A stretch of DNA of 64,000 nt from Bigelowiella natans CCMP2755. Taxonomy: Eukaryota > Protista > Cercozoa. Made by a program: the position numbers and the translations under genes. Below are positions 1 to 13,711 of this stretch, one piece after another; the stretch's first letter is position 1; the number at the start of each line of letters is the position of its first letter. Under the pieces are notes generated by a model. That model ran no database searches. It was not told the DNA's origin and saw only the letters and a program-made list of their open reading frames with translations. The stretch is taken from the NCBI GenBank assembly GCA_000320545.1, contig ADNK01000342.1, forward strand, positions 53,504 through 117,503. The letters run 5' to 3'.

Positions 1-1866
1 AATAAAAGGAAGATACGAGCAAACGTTTGGGGGTTGGCTATTGAGAAGATTGGAGATGATGATAACGAGGATGATGCTGCTGATAATTACAGAAAAGCAT
101 TGCGCAAAAACGTATATATTAATATTGCAGATAATACCCCCAGGCCGTAGAAGACGATACGCATTTGCTATGGCAGCATTGATTTCGTCATATCCCATTG
201 CGGATAAAACGAAGATCCTACAAACGGAAGAAGGGAAATCTTAGCAGAGATAATACAAATCGATTGAGCAGCAACACTAATAAGGTAGTAATTCAATGTT
301 TCTCTTCTCTTTTTCTTTATCGTGGCCATTAGGATTGCTGCTCGCCCCTTCCCCTCGCTACCAGGTACACGCAACTTCTGTAATATTCTCCGTGAAGCAA
401 GATAAAAAACGATTTGCGAGGTCGGAGTGAGCAAATCTTATTTTAATTTATACTGTTCGGAACAACTGTACATTATCACGATGTCGACTCCCTCGCTGAA
501 AGGAACAACATCTATTGTAATGATAGCAGCATTCATAGCACAATCAGTGAAATAACAGTTTATGTAGGAGTGGCAATGAAAGCAGCGATTGTAGTAATGA
601 TAGTAGCAGCAGCAGCAGCAGTAGTAGTAATAGTAGAAGTAGCAATGATTGTGCAGCATACCTGGAGATGAGACGTTGTGGACAAACACTTTGACTCTGT
701 CTTCCTCGCCTGTTTTTTCACCATTCAAACAGGATTACGAATCAAGGGGAAGAACTGGCAGAATGATACACGTTTCAAGTGTGTACGACAGTTGGAGAGA
801 ACATCTAAGGATATCGTTGTCCTCTCCAGTGAAAGAATGTGGGGATTTTTGTGCTTTTATCATCCCCTTTTTTTAAGGGTAGAGGGAAGGATTGCAATGC
901 GTGTTGTATTCAGCCATTGTGGTAATTGTAAATCCTAGAGAGAGAAAGGGAGAAAGGGGGGTGGAATCGAAGGGGAGAAAAATTTATTACCTATTTCTGT
1001 GACTCTTCTTTGAACGCTAGCAACTTTATTTCCAATTTCGTGTGGAAAATTCAATAAGAGATCGCCGATGGAGGAAAGAGAAAGACATATATAAATAGAG
1101 AGGGGGGGGGGGAGAGGGGAGGAAATAGATCATCATGATTACTATTATAACATATTCCCTCAGGGCCTCTTAATAATCATATTTTTTGTGACAATCGCCC
1201 AGGTATTGAATCGAAGAAAACACGAGCGAGTTCTCGCATGCAGTCATTGTTATATTGCAGAAACAATAGAGTCATAGCAACAATCTGCCTTATTTCAATC
1301 TGTAATTTAAGACATAGCACTAGGACATCGATTCGTAGAGAACACATCCATCGACGACTATGTGGATTTGAGAGGCATCTATCACCTGCTGCTTCTGAGA
1401 GATCACACCCGTAGTATCGTAGCTTTTCAGATCTAAGTTTGGAGAATTTGTGAGGAGGAATACGCCAGATAATACGACGGCATGATTTGTTAATTGCTTT
1501 TTGACAAATCAAGATGTCATATTTGATTTACGATATCACTATGTGGGAAAATTGCATGTCTCTATATGTGCTCAGCTAAGCATGAGCTCTACTGCATTTC
1601 CCAATCACAGCTTTATGATAATCATCACTACCGCTACTATCATTGCAAACGATATTATCATTGTCGTTGTATCATCAATATTGAACAAGAGCATCAACAA
1701 CCAATGACCTTATGCCCTTGAGAATAGGAATCAGAGTGCTGCCTGCCTACAAAGAGACGATTATACACAACAATAACAACAACAACAACAACAACATGGA
1801 TGATAAGGTCTTGGTGGTGATAGCTGCTGAGGGTCAAATACCAGAAACTTGATTTATTTTTCGTCC

Positions 1867-1937
<71 letters not shown>

Positions 1938-2926
1938 TGCGTGTCGTACATCAGGCACCAACAGTTTTAAAGGGAAATCAGTACCCCGCACCCCATTTCG
2001 AAAATACGATGCAAATCAGAGTAGTCTCCTTCATCGCCATCATCCTCCTTTTCCCTTTCACCGCCGGTATCCACTCGATCTTCCCCTTCCAGATTCATCA
2101 GATGTCTTCCTCCTCTTCTGGCTCTTGACGCTGATTCGATAACGACGATGATATTGGTGATGATGATAGTGGTGGTGGTAGTGCTACATACAATATACTA
2201 CGCTCATAGTCACAACAACTTTGAGCTATCGATAATAGTCTAGCACCTCTAAATACTTGAGGGTCAATCTCAGGAAAGTCTTTGAGAATCCATTTTCGAT
2301 CCTTAAAAAAGCGCTCTTCACTCTGCCTGCCAACATCATGTTCAACACCCGTGGCCATTAGTCACGTAGCAGCAGCAGCAAGCAGCTCAAAATTGAGGAA
2401 AGAGGGAACGATGGCACATTAAAGACTACAAGAATGAGATAAAATAGTGTTGGCGGAAGAAGAGAGAACAACCTGTAAAAACGGTTCCAGTGCTGACTGG
2501 ACAACTTGCGTGCTTCCTCTCTAAAACATATCACCCAAAAGTGGATAAGGCCTCATATGGTAAAGAACAGCAACAAGGTTATAATTCAAATGAGATACAA
2601 GGCGACGATAGCGCACAAAAGATGTTGAAGTTAATCATTCAATGAGATTTGTCTGGGTGCTGTGCATCATACGTTCGGAGTTGTCTTTGATCCTCAGGGA
2701 AACCGTTTAAATACGACAGGTCATTTGCAACCTGCGGCAGGTAACACCGATAAGTGACGGCAGAGGAGATGGTAAGTGGCAATAGAATCAGAAGAGCTTT
2801 TGGGGGAGGGGGTTGATCAAACTTTTTTCGAAAAATTTCTTTGATATTCCTCTGGGAGCGGCACATCGTCCCAGCCATTGAACTGCCATACATCGTCGTC
2901 GGAATTTAAGTACCTGAAACAAAGCG

Positions 2927-2973
<47 letters not shown>

Positions 2974-3420
2974 TTTCAAGTAATTAGAAGTAAACAGGCG
3001 TTCTAGTCGGTACTCACCTCTGGAGTTTGGAAGAAAGAACAAAGTCATCTTCAAGGTCTTATACCCTATCACATTTATATTCTTCTTCTTCTTCTTCCTT
3101 CTCCTCGCAATTAATTTTTTCGTCTTCCTCTTCCTTACTGAAGGGAGAAAATACCTGGTTCCCCAAGGTCCACTGTTGTTCTTCGCGCTTTCGCTGCGGT
3201 CGGTACCTGTAAATGGTGCTTCTTCTCCCTTCGCATCCTCCTCACCCCTCCCCCCTCCGACGCATCTCGGAACGAATTTATAGCGCCTTAGGCTCCGCGA
3301 TCCAAACGGTTTGAAGCTAGGATGGCGAATAGAATCGTAGCAGGTTGACCATCCATGCTCTAGTGCAACATTGACACATCGTTGTTGATTCTCCTCAGCT
3401 GATTTTCCTGTTCCTAGAGC
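1..3420 (-). CDS. METTL2: tRNA N3-methylcytidine methyltransferase, METTL2/METTL6/Trm140 family; multi-exon, 3' end runs off the window, start uncertain
   Basis: Spliced exons give RYLNSDDDVWQFNGWDDVPLPEE (~2915-2825), HWNRFY (~2480), RFFKDRKWILKDFPEI (~2310-2270), SAM motif I FEMGCG|AGSTLIPIL (~2000/1745), YYGCDLSEAA (~1400), VKVFVHNV (~690) and IFVLSAMGYDEINAAIANAYRLLRPG (~218-138), collinear with METTL2 motifs. Confidence 0.88.
2927..2973. repeat. (TAG)n intronic microsatellite; representative of many (TAG)n, (GAT)n, (GAA)n, (GAG)n and (TA)n tracts
   Basis: Read directly. Confidence 0.95.
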
Positions 3421-3680
3421 TATGATGATGACTGCTGAACCCAGCAAGCATTTATGAAGGGGGTGGCAATGGAAACGATTGTGTGTTGAGGACTTCACAC
3501 CACAACCACGATGATGTGTGCAGTGGGGGGAAGGGGAGGCGCTGCTCGGCATTTGGGCACTCGCAGAAAAAACAGAGGGGATTCATCGGTGAAGACCTGG
3601 TAAAATACTTGTCGAATGTGATCAAACCCATCTCACCATCACGTTCAATTTTCATGTCAGAAACATCTGCCACTAGTAGA

Positions 3681-4410
3681 GATTTCGCAAAGAACTTTCA
3701 TCACCAAGACATTGGTGAGACCTTCATTGGAGCATGCAGAGGCAGTGTGGAGTGGAGTCCTTGAGTCCTTTTCTTTCCAATTGATGCATGATGGACGTCT
3801 TCGTCTGGAAGGGGTGCGACAGCTAGTGTGCCGACTTCAAAATCTTGCTGGTCTTCACCAGTCAGTCCTCACTAGAGCTAGTTCGAGGCACTGCCTTTCG
3901 TGCATTGTGCGACTTTGTCTTGAAACACTTTGGAAACGTTGTTTTTCATCATTGTCTTTGTCTTTGCGAGTTCAACCGCAGGGTCCGTGCTCCCACCAAT
4001 GCCAACTTGCTTCGCAGCTCGCACACGTCCATCAAACCCGACATCCTCACTACCTTGACACCAGTGTGACCCGTCGCGGCATGATTGTGTGCATGCGATG
4101 ACTGCGCGTGATCAATGCGCATTCGTTGGAAGTCAATCCACATCGTTTTTTGTGCTCAACAATGAGCTTCTTTGTCTTGTTGGACACACATGCACCATTC
4201 CAATTGAACGTGTTTTTTCAATGGCACGCCTGCTGTGATCAGTGTTGTGTTGGGGTTCATTTAGCTGTCGTTTGTGCGTGCATGTCCATGTGTGTTTGTG
4301 TGCATGTGCGACACGCAGAGTGCACTTGAAATGTGGCCACATGAAATTTCCATTTGCTTTTGTGAGTGTCAAGTTGCGTCATTTGACATGCATGTGTCTC
4401 TTGCGATGGG
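3681..4410. other. TpA-depleted, TG/CA-rich intergenic block
   Basis: Manual count: 5 TpA in ~730 bp (3 CTAG, 1 TTAG, 1 CTAC). Confidence 0.9.
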
Positions 4411-4511
4411 GATGTGCTAGAACTTGAAGTAGCTAGTTTTGTGGGGAGCGAATTCTAAAATGACGATGATGTGATGATGAGTCTTTGTCATTTGTTCTCA
4501 TGGAGGATTTC

Positions 4512-4887
4512 TCAGGTCGCCACCGATCCATATGATTTTCTAGAACTTCTATCCAACATCAGCGAATTTTTCACCATGAAGCCTTTCCCACCCTATTTGT
4601 GTTTAACATCAGCTATGCACAAATTTAATACAATATGGCTACAGCTGCTGCTCAATTAGATAGAAGGATACGAGGTGTATATGGCTTTGAAAATAACCTT
4701 CTTGTTCATGTAGTATGGTGTAAGAAGCTAAGCATAACTCACCTTGGATCCATAGTTCTTACTTCCTTTTCTACTAAAGGGGTTTTTATGCTCTACAACA
4801 CATTTCTCTTCCTCTTTGTTGTCGTGCGCGCTGATTTCATCTAAGCCGTTCGGTTTGGTGGAGCTTATTCGCTGAGATACGCGCGCG

Positions 4888-4959
<72 letters not shown>

Positions 4960-5459
4960 TAAATAATGATGAAGATAGTGGCAAAGACGTATCTTGCTCT
5001 GGAAGTTACTTTAGGTGATAACTTCGTGTCCATTTCCGAGAAACTTACACTCGCCATTCATCTACTGTTTACTCTCTCATCTTCAAATGCATCTCTATTT
5101 GTGGTATGAAAACCCATTTCCCTGTCTAGCTAACGCGAACAGAAACCCCCTTATCACGAAATATAGTATGATAATCAGCAGCAGCAGCAGCTGCAGCAGC
5201 ACCACCACCACCACCAACAACAACATTAAATCACCTTAAAATCGATTTGTATGTCTTTGGGATAAAACACGGGAGCCGGTAACGTTTTGGAGAGGGCACC
5301 GTAGTCAAACGTGCTGCAAGGTTGATCGACGAGCAAGATGTAGCATGTAGAAGAAGCAATCAACAAGAAAACCATCAAGCGTGCGGATATACATTGAGAA
5401 CAGTATTAAAAATATCAGTTGTAATTTTTTTTTATATGCTTGTATCCATCTTATCCTTG

Positions 5460-5496
<37 letters not shown>

Positions 5497-5980
5497 GGCG
5501 TCGCCGTGGCACCATTGATAAAGTTAAGATAAGGTTATGCATATGATGTTGTCATTTGTTGGTCCGTCTCTCTGATGAGTATGATTTGTTGCTAGAACGA
5601 TGAACTTACGTGAGGTTGATATCTTCAAAATACTTAACCTAATTCATTTATTGATACTATCGTTATTTTTAATATCTTTTCAAAATGTTTGCTGTTACTT
5701 CCCTCTCCTATGTGTGGTATCAGAAAAACGCTTCATGCGGCAGAACTCACTCATATAATCCCATTCGTCATCATAGAAGCAGCATATTGATTCTTCTATC
5801 ACCTGATCCATAAACTTATACCCGTACTCGATATCCTCCGCGAAGTAACCGGTAGTTTTGACAAGCTACGTTTGTATTGCAACAAAGGGATGCGTTATTG
5901 ATGATCATCGTAGTAGAAAAAAGAAGGAAAGCGGTCAAGTGACACATCTGACGTAAATCAGGATGTGTGTGCGTTTTATT

Positions 5981-6013
<33 letters not shown>

Positions 6014-9000
6014 CAACTAGGCCTTTTGAGAAGCTCATTTGGTACATTGAGCCGATAAATACACGTGCTCATTGTTGCTGCTGTTCCGACCTGTTCCTCC
6101 GTAATAGCGTCGACTCCCATCACCGTGACGTAAATCATGCTTTTAACCTAAATCATTCCTTGGATGTTATCTTTTGTTCGTCAATGGACGATGTGTAGTC
6201 GTAAAGAAACATTATGCTTCGTATAAGCACTCCCCCTCCCTTTCTGGTAAGGTGTAGAAGAGGGTAATATTGGAAGAAAACAGGAAGGATGACCAGCCTT
6301 TAAAGGCTTTCTTTATGCTTCAACAAATCAATATACAAACTAATGCAAATGGTTACTCTTAAAAATGCTAGCACTGCAACATGCATGATTTACAACCTCT
6401 TTGATCTCGTCGTAGGTTTGGTAAAATAAGGGACTGTCGGGGTCGATTCGGTGCTAGAAAATGAATAGGAGGAAGGATGAAATGGTTGTTCACAAATAAA
6501 GACTGGTAGATCAAGCGAAAGAAACTGTAAGTGAGCATGTAAGAAGAAGGCTACAACCACTGATTGAATCTGCATTCTTGCAAATCAGTGTGAAGTTACA
6601 CTGCTATTATTGTGATGGTGCTATAAATGGCTTTTCTCGCCTCATCGGCTAGATGATTCACTGTGATCTCAGAAGTTATCTTAGTGTCATCGTCGTAGCC
6701 ATCTTCTATCTTTACTTATTTTCTACCTGAATAGTCCAGACATCTCTTAACTCGAACCTAGAGTCAATAACCTATGTGTTGAGATGAGGAGAGAAGAAGC
6801 ATGGAAATCAAGCACTATCCCGACAATAAGAAAAACATACAATGGAATGCATTTGTAGAAGTTTAGCAGTTTTAGATTCTACACATTACTAAATCAAGCT
6901 GATGCACAGCTCGGAACATCTTCCCTTGGTCATCCAGTTCCCTACGAACACCGACACACAGGTATAGCGAAACATGAAATATTAATGGGAGCAAATACTT
7001 TACAGAACCACCACACAGCTTAGCTAGAAAGGGATATGGGATGGCTCATATGCTTCATTTTTCTCTCTAGCTTTTTTTTTCCCTTCTTCTCTTTTTTTTC
7101 TTCTTATACTATCTTCCTCATTATTACGTCCGCTTTAAGAACATCGTCGCGGTGACACTGTGCATGTTATTGAATTCCCCGTCGATATTGCCTGTATGTA
7201 GAAGCTTGTGTTTCATATCTATTATGATATACGCTTTCAGTGACTACACAATGTTCAACTCACCAAAACGGACACAAAGAGTAGGAACATCTCGCACGTT
7301 ATAAACCTGGATCAAAGGTATCGTGTATCGTGATGATGCAACTACTACAACAACAACAAAACTACTACTACTACTACAACTACTGCTACAACTTCTACTT
7401 ATCCTACCACGATGACGTCCGAAAAGGCAAACTTCCACCTTGGTTTAATAAACTTCGTGAACACGACACCTATGTTGAATATGAAATTGTCGATAGAATG
7501 TCAGTCGAACATCGTCCAGAACCAAGAAAAGACCATCACACAAACTAGTTTACCGGCAAAAATGGTGGTGATGATCAAGTTATGGATCCCTAATAAAGAA
7601 TATCCATAATCAAAATAAAATAAAATTTGATATTAAATATGCTTAATAGGTCATGATAATTCCAGTCAAAGCTGACAGAATCCAGAAAAATCATATGTTA
7701 GTAGATTTTCTCATATTTGTATCCCTCTACCCTCCCCGTCTCCCCATCCAGATTATCCGGATCGTGAAGTTTTTGGGTTTTCTTGTCAATATTGTGCAAA
7801 TAAGACTCAAGTAATAATAATCATCACCACGGCCACTTAGCCTACCTTGAAAAAAATTGATGATGTTCGCTGCTGTGCCGTGGGGATATAATTCTCCATA
7901 GCTGATATTAAAACAAACAAAAGGAAGCAACGGCATCCCGACATCAACAATTGGCATTGAATGAAGGTTGTTCTCATATTTGATCATACTATTTTTAACC
8001 TATGTTCTCATTTGGCTTCCCCTACCCCCCCTCCTCTACGTTCTTTAGTGTAAACAATATCAAGACGTGACAACCCTGTTGTGGTGAAAGTCTGGAATGA
8101 AAAATTGAAGTTATCCCAAAAGTTGTTTGTCTCGTCGCAACAGCCTCCGACCAAGGTGAAGATCCTGAAGAATGACCAGAATGCCAATATTGGATGGAAT
8201 AAAAATAAAGGAAAGTGAAAGTGATTATCATATGCTGTATAGTGCTAGGAAATGTGATTCATAAAGTAGAGCAACTAATCGGCTAGCCTGGCTCCTCTCC
8301 CCCTCCGTTTCCTTCATCATTCTTCATCTTCTTTTTCATCTTCCCTCACTTACAGGGCGAAGACAACGTTGACGATGAAAATATAAAGTGTCATCTCGAA
8401 GAGGACTACGCCAAGATGGCCCTGGTGAAGAGGTAAAGGAGGAAAAGAAAGACGATACCGACGAAGACGAAAGTCGAGCAAATTATTGGCAGGAAGGCAC
8501 CAATGCAAGATCGAAAAATCACATTTACGGATGGGAAGTTTGTGAGGAAGAATAAATAGAAGAAAAATAGAGAAGAAATACCATGAGAATGTGCTTAAAT
8601 ATTCTTCCAGTCAATCCAGAGTCCTATGGGTTATACATTTGTGTTATAAATCGAGAGAGGATCGTTCGAGTAAGCCGTAAAACTATCACCTTAACATTTA
8701 AGTTCTTGCTATCCCAATTTAAACGTTTTTCTCTGCTAGATGTCGTTCGCGTATTGACACCTACAAACAAGGAGAATATGGTCACCACCCATGGCAATTA
8801 TTCTAAAAAATCATTTGTATGGATTAAAAGAAACTCTTTTGTCTTTCGTAAATTGAAGAGTGCAGATTTTGCAGGGTAAGGTCAGTTTGTTGCTGTCATC
8901 AGAAAAATAATGACAGAACCTTGAACGAGATAGAGTGTTTTTCCATTGCAATCGTAGGTTTTCTTCACGTCCTTGACCCTCCCTCTTTTCCTGTGTAATG

Positions 9001-9260
9001 TAATTGATTTGTTTGCCGGATTACTGTATGCATGTGAATGTGGACTGCTCACTCTTTGTAGATGCGTTCTTTCGTAGAGAATGAAGACTGGCGTTGTAGG
9101 TTCTTAGATTTACGATGCTGAACAAAGTGGCGGCGATTGATATCACTAGCCACAGCCCCGCTGGATGTCGCTGCCCTGATAATCGAATGACTACATCAAT
9201 ACAGGCTTAAAACAAGTAATGAATACACGTGTCTGATTCTTACACATGCGACATCGCAAT
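4512..9260 (-). CDS. Inward-rectifier potassium channel (Kir/KirBac-like), multi-exon; both ends approximate
   Basis: TM1 GHLGVVLFEMTLYIFIVNVVFAL (~8420-8355); pore FNFSFQTFTTTG|YGELYP split by an intron (8075/7901); TM2 ...TTIFAG|VVFTKFIKPRWKFAFSD; VYNVRDVPTLCVRF; HRIDPDSPLF; VTVMGVDAITEEQ|LVKTTGYFAEDIEYGYKFMDQ. All match the Kir transmembrane and cytoplasmic domains. Confidence 0.85.
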
Positions 9261-9904
9261 GGTTCGATAAGATTGATGCCCGCTTCCGGCGTTTTCTCGT
9301 TTTCTTCGTTTTAGAAACTTAATCGAGGATTCCCCTGTCCCCACGTTGGGGGGGAAGAGCACCAAATTGGATTTGGGTTTGAACTTGAAAACTTATGAAC
9401 TTAAAACGCTACGATCAAGTCGCTCGAGGTAAACGCAAGGGCGCTCGTACAGATGTGCTCTTTAGTGAGTCGTAGGATAAAATTGGCCATGAATATGAAC
9501 TTGAGACATGGTCAACGGTGGCGACGTGGTGGATACGGTACAGCCGTACCGGAATTTAGGAAATCTACCCCTACAGTTGAAGGCCTCTTTTGGTCATTTT
9601 CAGTTAAAAATACACGTCGCAGTAGAGATACCGTCTGCGTTGCTAGTGTTGAGCCGCACCGCGTGGAGATATTACAACTGAAGAATCAGAGGTTGGGGTT
9701 TGGGTACCAGCCTGTGATGCGGCGAAGAGAATGATGATGATGATGATGACAATGATGATGATGAAGAGTGTGAAAACTTACCAAGTGTTACATGTAAAAA
9801 TTCAGTGTAATACTTGAATGTTAGTTCACTGTTTTCATCGAATTTCCATATGGATCATCTTATGAAATGTGATTTGCCATGTGTTACTCACTCTTGCAGA
9901 AGAT

Positions 9905-12615
9905 ATGTTCGCTCGCACTTTCCGCGTCCCCGCCTCCAAAATCAAGCAGTTTGCTAAGAAGAACTCCAAGTTCCTTAGCATGGTATAAACGATGGAAGTG
10001 ATTTACACTGTCTATCATGTTTTGCAAAACAGTTCCCCAATAACTTCGCTACATTTGTTTAAAAGGGAGCTGTTGCTGGAGGCGTTGGATTAGCTGTTCT
10101 GGCTAACTGCACAGAAGTAGCTCGGGCAGACGAGAAGCCAATGTTCGTTATCAACGGTAATAAGCGTTGGTATTTCAACTTGAGCCGTTCATACGAGAAT
10201 ACACAGTGATGATAATGATGTAGATTATTCGTTTTCACATATCGGTCTAAACATATCCCAATAAATTCGTTAGGGTTCTACATGCAAATGCGCGAAGCTT
10301 ACACTGCTCCAGGAAAATCTATCCACTTTATGACTGTGGAATGGCCTGAGTCTGCCCTTGCTTGGGAAGGTGCTGCTCCCGTGGGATTATGATCCTCTGC
10401 AATGTTGTTTCAACTGAGCATACCAATGCTGACTTTCTTGCCTTACTGAGGGCGTGGTTTGGAAGGCATCGTTTTATTTTCCGTTGTCCCTAGAACTATC
10501 GTATGTATGTGCGGATTTAAAGTAATTGGTTAAACGCACATTCTCACATCTAATTCTAGATTTCCGTGGAAAGGTTCTTGGAGCAACTGATCCCAAGAAG
10601 GTGCGCACAGTTATTTTTCTGTCCTTTCAGAGGAGGATCTTTTTGACTCGCCTATCATAATTCAGGCTGCAGCTGGGTCTGTTCGTAACGATATTTTCTT
10701 GAAGTACAAGGAACTTGGCCTTAAGGTTACGACTTCGATTGTGTAATATTTTATGGTGTAAGCAGTTGTTGGTACGACTCTGACTGGTCCCTGTGTTATG
10801 TTACCGTATGATTGATGATCAGGGAGAGCCAAACACTGGTGATAACGGTAGTCTCATTCCCTTGAGAATTTTGAGGGAAGAAAAGGACAGGGAAGACCGT
10901 GGATGTCAAGGAGCGATAGATTGAAAACCTTTCGTCTATTCTTCTTTACCCCCTCTTCTAAATATGAACATTGCCACTATCATAAATGACAGCAACTAAT
11001 ACTTCTTATTTTATCACTAGGTGTCCATGCATCTGCGAGCCCTTTTGAAGCTATGGCTGAGCGATCAAACTGGTAATTTCTGCAACAACAGCATCAACAC
11101 ATACGTTCTGTCTCCAACCAACAGACATTATCAAAATAATTATCATTCATATTCACTGTGCCCTCACAATCAATGGCATCGTTGCGCATCTAGGCTCTCC
11201 GTGCCTATCGAAGATGACTACTTTGGCGCTGCTCTCCTCAAGGTAGAAGCGAATTTGAGTTAGGATCTAAATGGGAAATATATGGGAGACATAAAATGTT
11301 AGAGGCAATGAAATTATTCATATTACCACGATAAAACAAACAGTGCATGCTACTTCCATAATTTACAACTCCAACGTACTGGTGGTTAGAGCCAATGCGG
11401 TTCTTGACAAGCATTCTCAATTATCTATCTTCATTTGCGTCCCACATTTAGGCTGGAATCCCTAAGAAAACTCTCGTTGAATGGACTTACGACCCACAGG
11501 TCATCAGTGGTTTTGGGGTGGAGGGAGATTGGGATAACAAAGGAGAAATTATTTCTTGCATCGTATTGCCGTCTTGGAAATTCTGGAACTCACAAAGATG
11601 GCTACCGCAATATTATTCCCTGAAAATAGGTTTCTTTCGACGGCGGAAAGGCTTCCCTCTTCGATCTTCTTGAAGGTGTCTGTCACCCAATAGTGTAATG
11701 AGAGCATTGGGTGATGCCCTTCCGCATATCAATACACCGACGAAGAAGAAGACGCAGATTGCAGTAGCTGTAGTTAGGCTGGAGAGAGCCAGACAGCGTG
11801 TTTACTTTTGAGCGAATTTATGGAGTGTGGTGGTGTGTGTTCTCTGGTGATCTATCAATTTCATCATCCGAGAGTCGCCAATGCAGTAAAGCACAAAGCT
11901 CATCATGTGGAGATTGCTCTCATCATCAAAGTTGATTGATGATAATAATTGTGATTACTTTACAGACATGAACGCCTCTGAGTGCCTCGCTAAAGCCATC
12001 AAAATATCTGGTGCGCCCCCCCCCACCCCTTTCGAACATACGAGGGCAAGCGAGCTATCTCTAACATCTTATCGCTTCTCTTCTTCATCTTGATCTCTTG
12101 GCATCCATATTGCTACTGCTGAAGCCATGTGCTTGTTTTGCGCTAAAAACAGGCGCTAGTGCGGGCTGGGGTACCCCTAAGGTGGAAAAGAACACGGCTT
12201 ACGTCTTTGTCAAGTAATTATGTAGCTTTGTAGAGGCATGAAGTAATACGATAGTGAGCATGATGGTGATGATGATGATGATGGCCGCGATGAGGGTGGT
12301 CGCGATGAGGGTGGGAAAATAGCATAAAACACTATATGATTGCTTTCTTTCTATGTTTGAAAAAAGGCCGCATGCTGTCACCCCTGCCACTATCGCTTTG
12401 GTGAAGAACAAGTTCGCTTCCAATGGAATCGCTGTTACGTCTGAAGGCAGCCTCGACTCCAAGGAAATTGATGAGAAAAAGCTCATTGACCAGGTAATTG
12501 ATGAAAAAATATGAAATAATAGCTTAGAGGGATGATCACAAGGAAAGGGTGGTGCGAAAGATTTCCGACACAGAGTAGATTAGAGGAAGAGAGAGTCATA
12601 AAATATATATATCAA

Positions 12616-12654
<39 letters not shown>

Positions 12655-12659
12655 ATGTA

Positions 12660-12707
<48 letters not shown>

Positions 12708-13047
12708 ACTAACTCGTTTTCTTCCTCCCCCTCCTCTCTTCTTGCATTTGTTTCCTGTGGTCGTTGGTCCGCAGCACTACTATTCCATCGCTAACAAAGC
12801 CACTCTATCCAAGCCAAAGGACCTCAACCCACCGGTGCGAAAACTACCACATTTAATCAACTAATGGTACCAACTCAACTCAATGAGGTTAATCATCATC
12901 AACCAACCATAACCATGTTGTCAGGCCAAGAAAACGGCTGAATTTGCCAAAATGTTTGGCATGTCGTGGGAGAAGGTCGGTCGGTCGGTCGGTCGGTCAG
13001 TCTGTCAATAGCAGATACAATCATCAGTGAAGTTACAGAAAGAGAGA

Positions 13048-13087
<40 letters not shown>

Positions 13088-13482
13088 AGGGGAGATTTTG
13101 GATTTCAAAAAATCTTGTGGTTGTCGATCGGTGACAAACGCACACGGTCGTGACAAACACCATACAGGCTCTTGCGGATGGCCTTGTCTACAACGCTGCA
13201 GATGCATGCAAGGAGCTTGGTGTTGATGGTGGAGGTAATTGTCTTGTTGTGGTAGTAGTAGTAGTAGTTTTGTTTTGGTGGTAGAAGAAGAAGATGAAGA
13301 CGAAGACGAAGAAGAGAGTTTAACGCGGTGCATGGTGGCTATTCTGTGGTTACGGTCGGTTACGAAAGGGATGATGAGATTAGCGACGACTGTCGCTAAC
13401 GATAAGAAGAAGATAATAGACAGACTTCCTATCACCCAACAACGCGTTCACTGGAAATCGTCTATCTTGCCTCCTGCTCCCC

Positions 13483-13545
<63 letters not shown>

Positions 13546-13676
13546 TATGTGTGGGTCTTCTTCACTTAATTAATTGTTCTCTATTACATCTTTTTATCGC
13601 AGAAATGAACAAACTCTTTGGAGCGGCGAAGAAGGGAGGAAATAGCATTAAGTTTGGAGGTAGTGGTCGTAGTGGC

Positions 13677-13711
<35 letters not shown>

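Noticed and set aside
7890-7915. Apparent non-canonical K+ filter NISYG in ORF 7727..7987
   Set aside because: NIS is intronic. Splicing to the upstream exon restores TTTGYG.
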